DNA of 64,000 nucleotides. It comes from the human T2T-CHM13v2.0 reference genome, Homo sapiens. The position numbers and the translations under genes were made by a program. Shown in pieces: positions 46,974-58,580 of this stretch. The notes under the pieces were generated by a model. The model saw only the letters and a list, made by a program, of their open reading frames with translations, ran no database searches and was not told the DNA's origin. Each line of letters starts with the position of its first letter. The first letter of the stretch is position 1. Where the stretch lies: assembly GCF_009914755.1 (NCBI RefSeq), contig NC_060928.1. The stretch is one strand, 5' to 3'.

Positions 46974-49599
46974 GCTGGTATCTTTACAGGTCAGGTTGTT
47001 GTGATACAACCCCTTTAGGATTCCTAGGAGTCCATTTTTCCAGCTGAGGAGATCTACTTGGCACCTTTAATTCTTCAATTTTTGTCTTAACGAAGCGTCT
47101 CAGAAAGCCTTGATTCAGTCTTTGAATTAAAGCAATGTATTAATATGAGAATCTTTTACTTGTTTGAGAGGCCGAAGCTGAGAATAATTTTTATTTTCCA
47201 AACTAGCAATTTTCAGAATACCTAAGCTCTCCACCTGCCTGCTAAATGCTGCTTGGAAACTGTGCAGTGCTTTATCCTGCATTTTTCTTTTAGAAAATTA
47301 CCATGAACAGCCAAATGCAACCAAAAGATGTTTTCAATACTTTTCTTGAAGATCTCTTCAGTCAAGCCCCAAAGTTTATTAGGTATATTTTCCAATTTTT
47401 GCACTACTTGTAACAATTTTAATAAATGCGACATAACTTCATAACACAAGTTATAAAACTTTAATTTTCCTGTAGCAGTCTTCTCCCAATTTTTCCAGCC
47501 TCCTCTGATGGTATTTTTACTGCCTGTCTCCTGGTCCCCAAATCAATGGACTATATTTTTGTTACAGCAGCACTCTATGTTCAGTACACATTTTTTCACT
47601 ATCTGCCTCTAGCCTTAATAATGATGTGAAACAAGCAACAACAGAACTTTTGTGGCAAATAACTGTGAGAACTTATTGCTCATATGGTTGGAGTGGTCCT
47701 AGCAGCAACTCTGTTTATCATGCTTGGAGGTTACGTGGTTTATCAGGTGATCTAGTATGGCCCCACCTGGGAAAACTCAGAAACATCAGCTGTTCTCCAT
47801 GTGTCTCTTATCCTGTGTCAGGCTATCTTTGAAATGCCTTTCATGATAGTAGTAAAGGGAAAATGTGAGAATGAGCCCAGTTGTATAAGTTAACTTCAAT
47901 CTTTTATTTGCATTACATTTTTTAACATCTCATTGGCCAAATCAATACATGGCTGAATGCAGGGATAGAAATTGTGTCTGCCCCAACCCCATGGGAGGGG
48001 ATTGCGAATTTATATGACAAAGCATGTGGATACAAGAAAGGGCAAAGCATTGTGACGGTCTTTGCAAAGTGTCGATTCTAGATCTTCTGACTCCAAACTT
48101 CGAAGCCTTATGAACAAGACCAAATAAACATTGTCAGCTGGTTTAGTTTAGATTTTATTTGATGTATCTAACTATTTCACTTTAAATTTTGCAGTGCTTC
48201 TAACTTATTTTGTATATTTAAAGATACTGATTAAAGGAAAAATTTCTTTGTGAGGACAACGCTCTTTATATGCCTTAGTTAACGGATGAGGAAACCTCAG
48301 CAGAGGGTTTAAGACACTTGCTAAATTTCCTTCTCTTCAGAGATAGTCAATGGTGTTTAGATTCGTTCCGTTTGTCAATGGAAACATTTGTTTCTGCAAT
48401 TAAGCCTTATTAAATAGCAGAAAAGTGTACTTTATTGGGTGTAACTTTTTTTTCTTCTGTGTTTTACAGCTATATTTTATTTCCTTATATATTAAATATT
48501 TGAATGAATTTTTCCTAATCATGACACAGCCAGACTATATTTTTTCAATACTATAAAAGGGTTAAATATATTTCCATATGTGCAATACATGATTGAATAT
48601 ACATTGATCAATCAGGATTTTCCTGAAGAATACATAAAATTGTCATGGATAACTGTTAGTAATTATGTAGATGTCCAGAATAATCACCAGTTGTTACCAA
48701 AGCTGTCATATAAGAAACCACACCTCTGACATAAAAGTACACCTTATTTCCTTTAAACACAGAGTAACTGAATTTTATGGGAACCTTTTACTCTTCTGTG
48801 GTCCTTTATTGCCCAAAGTGATCACTAAGAAAAATTAATTAATATTCAAGGACAGGAATATGATATTTTTGTGACTTTCAATCCCAAGAGCAAAACCCAA
48901 TTGTAGCTATAGGTTTTTCTCTGCAGCAATGAACCAGTGTATAATCAATTTGTGTTAGTCTAACACTGTATATATCAAGATGGTAAGTCTTGCTGGGCCT
49001 GTGCATTTGTTTCCTGTCTGAGCTCATATCAGGTTGCATATCTTTTAAGTCTAAGAGATGAGGCACAAACTGGGGTCTCAATGGTTGTAAAACACTTCTT
49101 TGTGTTTGACCTCAGTCATCTTTTAACAATCTCTCAGTGATGAACATTTATTTTAATCAATAGCTTCCATCTAGGTAAAACAACTTAATCATTAAAATTT
49201 CTGATACTTTAAATGAATTAATATTAATAATAGGAAATACATTTGCCCAGTGTTTTCAGTTCTCTCTTTTTCTTTCCTTCTCTTTCTTTCTTTCCTTCTT
49301 TCTTAATTGCTCTTTATCTGTTGCTCTCTTTTATTTTTCTCTTTGTTGTATTGTCAAGAATAGGTTTTCCTTGGATTATGGAGACTTTTGGGTATTGAAA
49401 AATGTTTCCTGTGATCTTAATCCAAAGAAATTAGGCTTTTAAAATATTTTTAAAAATTGAAAATACAATATACAAACTTGTAATTTCAAGCCTGAGTTTT
49501 GCACTATATGCACTGATTGAAATGTTTTTCTGATTTTTTCAAAAGTTTTTTATTTTGTAGTTTTATTTTTATGATTACTAACCCACTTTTTGCATAGTA

Positions 49600-49820
49600 T
49601 GCAAGAAAAAAATATGGTATGTTGGAAAGTTTCTGCTAACTTGGAGCTAGAAATTCTGGCTCTGTAACGTTGCAGGCATCATTTAACTCTCAGGTTCTTC
49701 GTGTCTTAAATTTGAATAACAGTAATAATACCTCCTTTCTCTACTCCGACAATGGTTCATGAGGATAAAATAAATCACTAATGTGTGACTACCTTCTGTG
49801 TATTATAAATCTTTCCACAA
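49600..49820 (+). mobile_element. MIR
   Basis: aattctggctctgtaac...catttaactctcagg...ataatacctcc...gaggataaaataaa. Confidence 0.6.
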
Positions 49821-51039
49821 ATGCAGAGGCATGAGTTACAGAAAACAGATCTATTTCTTCTGATTTTTAAAGAAAATACTATAGTAAGATTTTAAAAATC
49901 ACTCTCTATTGCTCTGTTGAGATAGGGTGCACCTTACATACCCACTTTCCTTTCTGAGCTCATGGGTCATACTAAACTAGGATTTAAAAATAATATTTGT
50001 TTGGTCCTTGTAAAGTGGCAGAAATCCTGTTAACAATAGCATGTGCCAGGATTTTGTTAAAGAAGTAAGAAATATTATTAGAAAAAAAGGTTTGTCTCTC
50101 TTGTAAGTACTTTGAGTCAACTTCAGGCTAGACAGAGGTATTCTCTGTGTTATTTCAGTCTAAGAAGCCTCTGATTCTACCCAGCTCCCATCTTGTTTAT
50201 CATCACGATGACAGAAGGAAAAACCCAACATACTGGAATAATTTGTATCTAGGTTTGAGGCCTAGAGAAGAAAGAAACAAAAACAAAACAAAAACAAAAA
50301 AACAGGACTCCATGAGGAGGTAGATGAATTAAAATGCTAAAAAAATCAAGATGAGAAGAGAAAAAAGAGAGTTGGAGAGATTCTGTATGATTAACACAGA
50401 TTGAGTCAGTATAAACTGATTTGGCACTGGAGGGTAAAAGTAAAAACCCTTTTGTTTTACACTCTAAACTCATGTGTTTAATAATACAATAATAAAACTT
50501 TTCAGAAATGAATTATTCCTTGCTGCATATACAAAGGCATAGCCAGGAGGCCACAATGTTTGCACTGAAATCAGGAATATACAAGTCTCAATCCTTTCCT
50601 CTTTTTATCAAGGGCCCAATGAAGCAATAATATGTATTCTAATCAACCAATTTACAAAGATATGATAAAGCAGCTCTATCCTTATGTTAATGAAGGTGTT
50701 GTTTACCATTTATTGAATGCCTGCCAGGTACCAGGCAGTGAACTGAGGAAATAAATTACAGTTGACATTATACAGTGACTTTGATTAAAAAAAGGTGAAA
50801 TACAATTTATACACACAACTTAGAAAAAAACAAATCATGGTATGCTATATTAAGGAACATTCTTACTCTTTTACCACAACCACTTGCCCCAAACACACAG
50901 ACACACATTTTCACATTTTGAAATCTGAAATTTAAAATATTTTCTGTGTATTCTAATATATTCTTTTTGTTTAGAGAAAAATTAATAGATACTAAAATGC
51001 AGTATTTATATGGAAATAAAAAAGAACTAGTTAAAAATT

Positions 51040-52500
51040 TTGTCAAAGAGTAAAGTGCAATGAATCACTCTATCAAATTTTAAGATTTATTATATGACTA
51101 CCATAATCAAGTCTGTGTGCTATTGATGAAGAAAGTGTCTCATGAATTAATGGACAAAATAGAAAATCAACAAATACACCATCTAAGAGGAGACAATTGG
51201 TTTTTGACAAAGATGCAGAAGACATCCAACAGTGAAAAAATATTATTTTCAACAGATGGTGCTAGAAAATGAAATATTCATCAGGAAAAATCATTAGAAC
51301 CTCAACCTAAATCTCTCATCTTGTATTAAAATGTATTGAAACTGAAACATGGACTTAGATGGAAAACGTAAAACTATAAAACTGTTAGAAGAAAACACAG
51401 TAAAATGTCTTCAGGACCTAAAATTTGATGACGAATTCTTAGACATAACACAAAAAGCATGATCCATGAAAGAAAACCAATTTGTATTCCAGAAAAACCA
51501 AACAATGCAATTAGAAAATGGCCAAATTCATTTCACCAAAGAGAATATACAGATGAAAAATACATGAAAAATTACTGAACATCATTAGATATTTGGGAAA
51601 TGCAAATCAAAGTCATAGTGACATATTTCTTTACAACAATTAGGATGGTTATTATAAAAAAACAGAAAATAACAAATGTTGGTGTGAATGTGGAGAAATC
51701 AGAACACTCAGTCATTGCTGATGGGATTGAAAAAGGGTGCAGCCACTTTGGAAGACAGTTTGGCAGTGTTTTATACAACTAAGCATACTCTTAACATATG
51801 ATGCAGCAATCGCTCTTCTTGGTATTTACCCAATTGGGTTGAAAACTAATGTCCACACATAGATCTTCACGCAAATGTTTATAGAAGTTTTGTTCACAAT
51901 TGCCCAAACTTGGAAGCAACTAAGATGTCCTTCAGTGAGCGAATGGATAAACAGTAGCACAACATAGGATGAAATATCATTCAGTGTTAAAAAGAAATTA
52001 TCTAATAAGCCATGGAAAGACATAGAAGAAACTTAAATGCACATTGCTAAGTCGAGGAAGCCAATCTGAAAAGGTTACATTTTGAGATTTCAACCATATG
52101 AGATTCTTTATGGAAAAGGCAAAACTATGGAGACAGCAAAAGGATCAGTGGTGGTCAGGGATTGGGAGGGAGGGAGGAATGAATAGGCAGAGCGCAGAGG
52201 ATTTTTAGGGCAATGAAACTATTTCATATGATACTATAAAGGTGGATACCTGCCATTTTATGTTTATCAACCCCCAAAGAATGTACAAATTATAGAGTGA
52301 ACTCTAATATATACAACTGACTTTATTAATTATAATATGTCAATACTGATTCATAAATTATAACAAATGCATCCCACTGATGCAAGATATTAATAATAAG
52401 AGAAACAGTGTATGGGGCAGGGAGAGGAGGGATTATATGGGAACTCTATACTTCTTGTTATAGAACAAGGGCCTATTAATTTTTAAAAAGTAAATATTAA
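51040..52500 (+). mobile_element. L1MC-like ORF2 end plus 3'UTR
   Basis: tttttgacaaagatgca, gggaaatgcaaatcaaa, and gaagccaatctgaaaaggttaca...ggaaaaggcaaaactatggagacag. Confidence 0.85.
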
Positions 52501-52519
52501 TAACAAAAAAGGAAAACAA

Positions 52520-53615
52520 AATCATATGCATTCGCAATAAAATACCACTTCACAAGCACTAGGATGGCTATACTCAAAAAGATAGATTACAAGTGTTTGT
52601 GAGGATTTAGAAAAATTGGGAGCAATGCCAGTTGTCTTAGCTGGAGCTACTAAAATCAAATGCCTTTACCTGAATGATTTAAACAACAAACACATATTTC
52701 TCAAAGTTTTGGAGGTATAGAAGTCTGAGATCAGGATGCTAGCAGGGGTGGGTGTTTAGTGAAAGCCCTCTTCTCAGTTTACGGACAGCAATCTTCTTTC
52801 TGTGACACACATGGTGGAAAGAGTGCTAGCTAACTCTCTGGACTCTTCTTATTGAGATACTAACATCATTCATGAGTACTCCAAACTCAGGACTTAATTA
52901 ATCCCCAAAGGCCCCAAATATTATCACAGGGTTTCAACATATGAATTTTTGGAGAACACAGTGAGACCTACCACTACACTGGTGGAAAAGGAAAATGCTG
53001 CAACCACTTTTGAAAACAGTTTTGCAGATCATCAAAAGGCTAAACACAGAGTTACCATATGACCCATAAATCCCACTACTTTACTTATTTAAGAGAAATA
53101 AAAATATACATTTACACAGAAGCTTGTACACAAATGTTCAGACCAGCATTATTCATAATAGCCTCAAAGTGAAAATAACGCAACTGTTTATCAACTGATG
53201 GATAAATGAAACATGGTATATCCATACAATTGAATGCTATTTATCAATAAAAAGAAATAAATTACTGATACATGCTGCAATATGAAATCAACCTTGAACA
53301 TATTTTGCAAAGTGAAAGAATCTAGTCACAAAAGACCACATATTGTCAGATTTCATTTATATTAAATGTCCATAATAGCCAGATCAATAGAGACAGAACA
53401 GAGATGAGCAGTTTTCTGAGTCAGAGGTCTGGGGAAGAGTGTGAATAGGAAATGAATGATAATGTGTATGGAGTTTCTTATCGGGTTAATGGAATATTTC
53501 TACAATTAGATTTCGGTGATGATTTTATAACTGTGAATATACTAAAAGTCACAAAATGTGTTAAATTGGTGAATTTTATGGTTTGTGAGTTGTACTTCAA
53601 TCAAGGTGTTTAAAA
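52520..53615 (+). mobile_element. L1MB-like 3' region interrupted by MLT1A
   Basis: aataccacttcac...ctaggatggcta, aaacacagagttaccatatgaccca, and tagtcacaaaagaccacatattg...ttaaattggtgaattttatgg. Confidence 0.8.
52632..52960 (-). mobile_element. MaLR solo LTR (MLT1A/A0-like)
   Basis: tgtcttagctggagctac...aaacaacaaacacatatttctcaaagttttggagg...tttcaacatatgaattttt. Confidence 0.8.
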
Positions 53616-54169
53616 AGGAGTCAAAATACCCACCAGAGCCAATAAAATACTGAAGGAGAAAAACAGAGTCAAAGGACTGATGCCACTTGATTTGAAAACT
53701 TACATGAGATTTTTTAAGCATTATTTTCATTTTCTTGTCCATTTTTGTTAATAAAAATGGCATATTGTACCAGTGGCTCCGAGGGAAAAGCAAAAATGTC
53801 TTATTCATAGTATATTTCTATACTGGATTCTTCCTATTTTAAATTATCGACAATTCTGATATTTTCAGCAATATGACATTTATATATTAGATACTTGACA
53901 ATTGTTATGACAGCCATTACATGGCCCACTTTCTTAAACTCAGAGCAGTAAGAGGAAAAAAAGACAAAAAAGAAATTCTCTTTTCATGAGAATTCATCTT
54001 TTCATGAAAGGTTTTGTTCCCATAAAATTTTTGGCCATTAATTTTTTTCTTTCCTTTAAATCTTCCGAGTGTGTGATTTTGGAGCATTCTTATATATTAT
54101 TATGTAGCTTCAGCTAAGTTTCTCCTGCTGATGTACCTCTTCAATGGATTTTTAAAACTGGAAGTGTCC

Positions 54170-54181
54170 ATACACATGCAC

Positions 54182-54218
<37 letters not shown>
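54170..54218. repeat. (CA)n microsatellite
   Basis: Imperfect then perfect CA run. Confidence 0.95.
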
Positions 54219-54219
<1 letters not shown>

Positions 54220-54752
54220 AATTATAAATCATATAAAATACCTTTGAGTATTTCTTAAGTAGAAAAAAAGAGAAAGGAGGAAAGAAAGTACTAATTATCT
54301 ACCTTTTCTAGTCTCCATCCCACTTTCTGATAGTAGATACAATATAAAAACAAAAGCTTGCTCTGGCAATAGTATGGGGAGCTGTGACATCACTTTTTTA
54401 TTAATGTTGTGTGAACCTTGGAAAATGATAAATACATCTTTGGTTAGTACCATGAAAACCATCAGACCTTTAAAAACAGATATTATTCATGTAATTACTT
54501 GTTCAAGACTTGCTAATGTCCATAGGAAAATGTAGACCTTACCTTTCTTTGGCCTTTTGTGCTAAAAACCTTGTTTCTTTTATATATTTGCTGAATAGTT
54601 TATGTATTTTCAGAATGCAGGTGCTTTAAAATGATTGCAGGTTAAACAATGAAATTAGGGGATCGTCACTTTTAATTTTGCTGGGATATGAGAGCTTCAT
54701 TGAATGCTTGGCTTGCTCGAAGATTCCATTTACATTATTGTTAGGAAGAACT

Positions 54753-55168
54753 TTGTATTATTAATGGTTCTCCGGAGAAGTGGAAACAACAGAATGTGTA
54801 TGTGTGTGTGTCTGTGTGTGTGTGTATTTACTATAAGGAATTGGTTCACAAGTTCAGACCTAGGAGAGCCACTGGTATAGTTCCAGCCTATGTCTGAATC
54901 CAAAGGCAGAAGACAGATGTCTCAACTCAGTGAAAATCAATCAGTCAGAAAGAATTCTTTCTCACTTAGCCATTTATTCTATTCAGGACTTCGAGAGATT
55001 GGATGAGGCCCACACACATTGGGGGAGGACAATTTGTTGCACTCAGTCTACTGATAGAAATATTAATCTCATCCAGAAATGCTTTCACAGACACACCCAT
55101 AAATAATGTTTCACCAAATATCTGGGTATTATAGAGCCAATTAAGTTGACACAAAGTTAACCATCACA
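54753..55168 (-). mobile_element. ERVL solo LTR MLT2 (B-like)
   Basis: ggttctccggagaag...gattggatgaggcccacacacattgggg...aagttgacacaaagttaaccatcaca. Confidence 0.88.
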
Positions 55169-55671
55169 GACTTATTTACTCTGCAATAGTCACTGGGCTT
55201 GCTTGCTTTTTTTTTTTCTTCTGCAAACAGAATAATAGAAAATCAAAACAGGATGGATTTCTCTTTATTAAAAGTCTCCAGACATCCTTCTTTTCTCATT
55301 TTTTTTCACCAGTCTTATGAACCAAAAAAAGCAACTCAAAGAAAAATCACTGTGCTATCCAAAATGTAGTATTTACTGCTTTTCCCCCAATTTGCTTTTC
55401 CTGACACTAACTAAATTTGATATCTATTTCTCCATTTAGCCTCCATAGAAGCACAGATCACCGTGGTACCCAGTAACTCTGGAAAATCCACTGGTAAGTA
55501 CAGATACATCAGGAAGTAATAGAAGCTGTTTCTATATTATATAATTAAAGTCACCAGTGGTTAATTTTCTTACTAACCAATGAGTGTAAACATAGTATCA
55601 GAAAAGAGACAATAGCAGCGGTTATACCTGTCATAAGCAACCATATGAAACTGCTGTCTTTAAATAGTAAA

Positions 55672-55940
<269 letters not shown>

Positions 55941-55954
55941 AAAAATTGTAAACT

Positions 55955-56378
55955 TGTTTTAGTCCGTTCGTGCATTGCTATAAAGAAATACCTGAGACTG
56001 GGTGATTTATTTATTTTTTAAAAAAGAGGTTTAACTGGCTCATGACTTTACAAGCCGTACAGGAAGCATGATGCTGGCATCTGCTCAGCTTCTGGGGAGA
56101 CATCAGGAAAGTTACAATCATGACGGAAGGCAAAGGGGGAGCAGCTCTTCACATACCCTGAGAAGGCGCAGGAGAGAGAGTAGGGAGGTGCCCCACACTT
56201 TTAAACAAGCAGATCTCACAAGAATTCACTAACATGACAACAACAGCAAGGGGGATGGTGTTAAACCATGAGAAACTGCCCCCATAATCCAATCACCTCC
56301 CACCAGGCCCCACCTCCAACACTGGGGATTACAACTGAACATGAGGTTTGGACTGGGATACAGATCCAAACCATATAA
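55955..56378 (-). mobile_element. MST (MSTA-like) solo LTR
   Basis: tgttttagtccgttcgtgcattgctataaagaaatacctgagactggg...cagatccaaaccatat. TSD aaact at 55950-55954 and 56379-56383. Confidence 0.92.
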
Positions 56379-57234
56379 AAACTGTATTTATTTGAACATT
56401 TAATTGTGTCATTTATTGAACACTCATTAGTGAAACATTGACTAAATTCAAAGTATTGCAAAGTCTTTTCAGGTAACATAAAGATGAATAAAATATTCTA
56501 CCTTAGATTTTAGCAGGAAAGATATGCAGGAAAACACCTAGCAATAGGGTTTAAACCTAAATAGCCATGCATCTATCCAATGTGAAGAATGAGGTAATTG
56601 ACAGATTCAAGTAATTTTTAGAAGTCCAGGCAGGTAGCACTAAAAAGGCCTGAAAATGGCAATAAAGCTTTGGCCAGTTATGTGAACCAGGAAAATATGT
56701 CCAGTCTCTGACTGAGACTGAAAAAAGCAAAGAGAACAATGAAGAAATAGGTCAATTACCACAAGTGGAATTTCGGAATGGAACTCTATTTAGAAGAATT
56801 GGAGCACATCATGTGAGAAACCAGACATTTAGAATTAGGTCAGAACCCATTCAAGAGAAATACGGCACTTTACTGGGATCAGATTAATATCAAGGGCAAC
56901 TGATGCTTAGTCAAAAATGTTGCTAAATTTAAAGGATTGTAGATATTACTCATTTCAGTTGAGATTTGATTTGGGGTTTTGGATGCTTTACTGAAACTTC
57001 TAGTGACAGAGTAACAAGTTACAGAAATCAAGGTCCCCAGCTTCGAGAAGCTGAAGTTTTACATCTTTTTCTTTCTTTCTATTTTATCATAGATTTTCTT
57101 CAGGCATAGATGATAAAAGGCACAGGTTTTATAGTTAAATGAGCTAGGATCAACACTTTTTGTTACTAAATGGGTGATATTATGTGAATCATTTAAGCTT
57201 CTCATCATTAGTTCCTTTACCTTTAAATGCTTAC

Positions 57235-58580
57235 ATGGTAAATTGATTGCATTGAAGGTCTTAATTTTTCACTTTTCCTATTGTGGGTGGAACATTTTGG
57301 CACACTCATTGGCTCTGGAAATAACTATGTGATATGAATTGATCAATGGAATTTTACCAAACATAATGCATAATAGAGTTTTTCAGTTATTTATTGCTGC
57401 ATAAGAAATCACTCCTAAAATTAGTGACTGAAACAAAAACTATTTTATTTTTCCACAGTTTTGTGGGTCACAAACTTGGACTTGGCTCAGCTGCAGTTCT
57501 CTGCCAGTCTTGCCTGATGTGGCTTATGCAGATGCATTTATCTGGTGGTTGGATTTAGGGACTGGTTTTCCTAGTAGTTCTCAGCATGGTGGCTGGTCTT
57601 TGGCTGGGCTCCAAGAGGTCTCATACTCCAGTAGGCCTTATGGAGTTTCCTCACATAGTAATACAACTTTCCAAGAAGATGAAAGCAGAAGATGCAATGC
57701 CACATGAGGCCTATGCTCAGAAGTTAAACAATGTCACTTTGCCAAATTGTATAGGTCAAAGCAAATCACATGGCCACCCCAGATTCAATAAATGTGTAAA
57801 CAGACACATTACAAAGAAGCATATATAAAGAGATGGGAGAAATAATTGTGGCTTTCTTTATAAACGATAAGACATACAAAGTGTGAAAAGTACTTGAATA
57901 TTGGGTCTGGCTCTCTTGTTACTTTGGTTTAACTGCTATTACGCCCCCCAGCTAGCCTGCTGGAAGATGAGACACATGGAACAGAGCTATATGACTATAT
58001 AAGCCCATTCTCACGTTGCTGTAAAGAACTGCCCAACACTGGGTAGTTTGTAAAGAAAGAGATTTAATTGACTCACAGTTCCACATGGCTAGGAAGGCCT
58101 CAGGAAACTTGCAATCATGGTGGAAGGGGAAGCAGGCGTGTCTTACATGGCAGCAGGTGAGAGAGCGTGAAAGGGGAAGAGTCCCTTATAAAACCATCAG
58201 ATCTTGTGAGAACTCACTTATTATCATGAGATCAGCATGGAGGAAACGGCTCCCATTATCCAATCACCCCCCCACCAGTGTGCTCCCTTGACACGTGGGG
58301 ATTATAGTGATTACAATTCAAGATGAAATTTGGGTGGGGACACAGTGCCAAGGCATATAAATGACACATCATTCCTATACTAGACTAGTCAGGAATCAGC
58401 TGACCTCCAGACATGAATGAGTCCAGCCAAGACCAACTAGCTAACACACAGCTGACTACAGATGCATGAGGGAATCCAGTCAAGATCTCAGAATCACCAA
58501 TTTGACTCAAAGACTTATGAGCAATAAGCATTTGTTTTGTTTAAGCCACAAAATTTTAGGATATTTTAATAAAGGTACAT
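57235..58580 (+). mobile_element. MLT1 (H-like) LTR interrupted by an antisense MLT1 (~57380-57880) and a THE1
   Basis: The plus-strand LTR resumes after each insert (gctagcctgctggaagatgagacacatgg...cagctgactacagatgcatgag...tttgttttgtttaagccac). Confidence 0.65.
57996..58360 (-). mobile_element. THE1 (THE1D-like) solo LTR
   Basis: gactcacagttccacatggctaggaaggcctcaggaaact... Perfect TSD atgac at 57991-57995 and 58361-58365. Confidence 0.93.

Larger units (their letters stand above)
44600..48070 (-). mobile_element. MaLR MLT1 (G/H-like) provirus: partial 3' LTR ~44600-44848, internal region, 5' LTR ~47600-48070
   Basis: Two related LTR copies (both with ttgcat...cattggcca...atggct...gtgtg/gtggatacaagaaa). 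The MLT-int start (tttgttacagcagcact...cagtac) abuts the right LTR. Confidence 0.65.
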
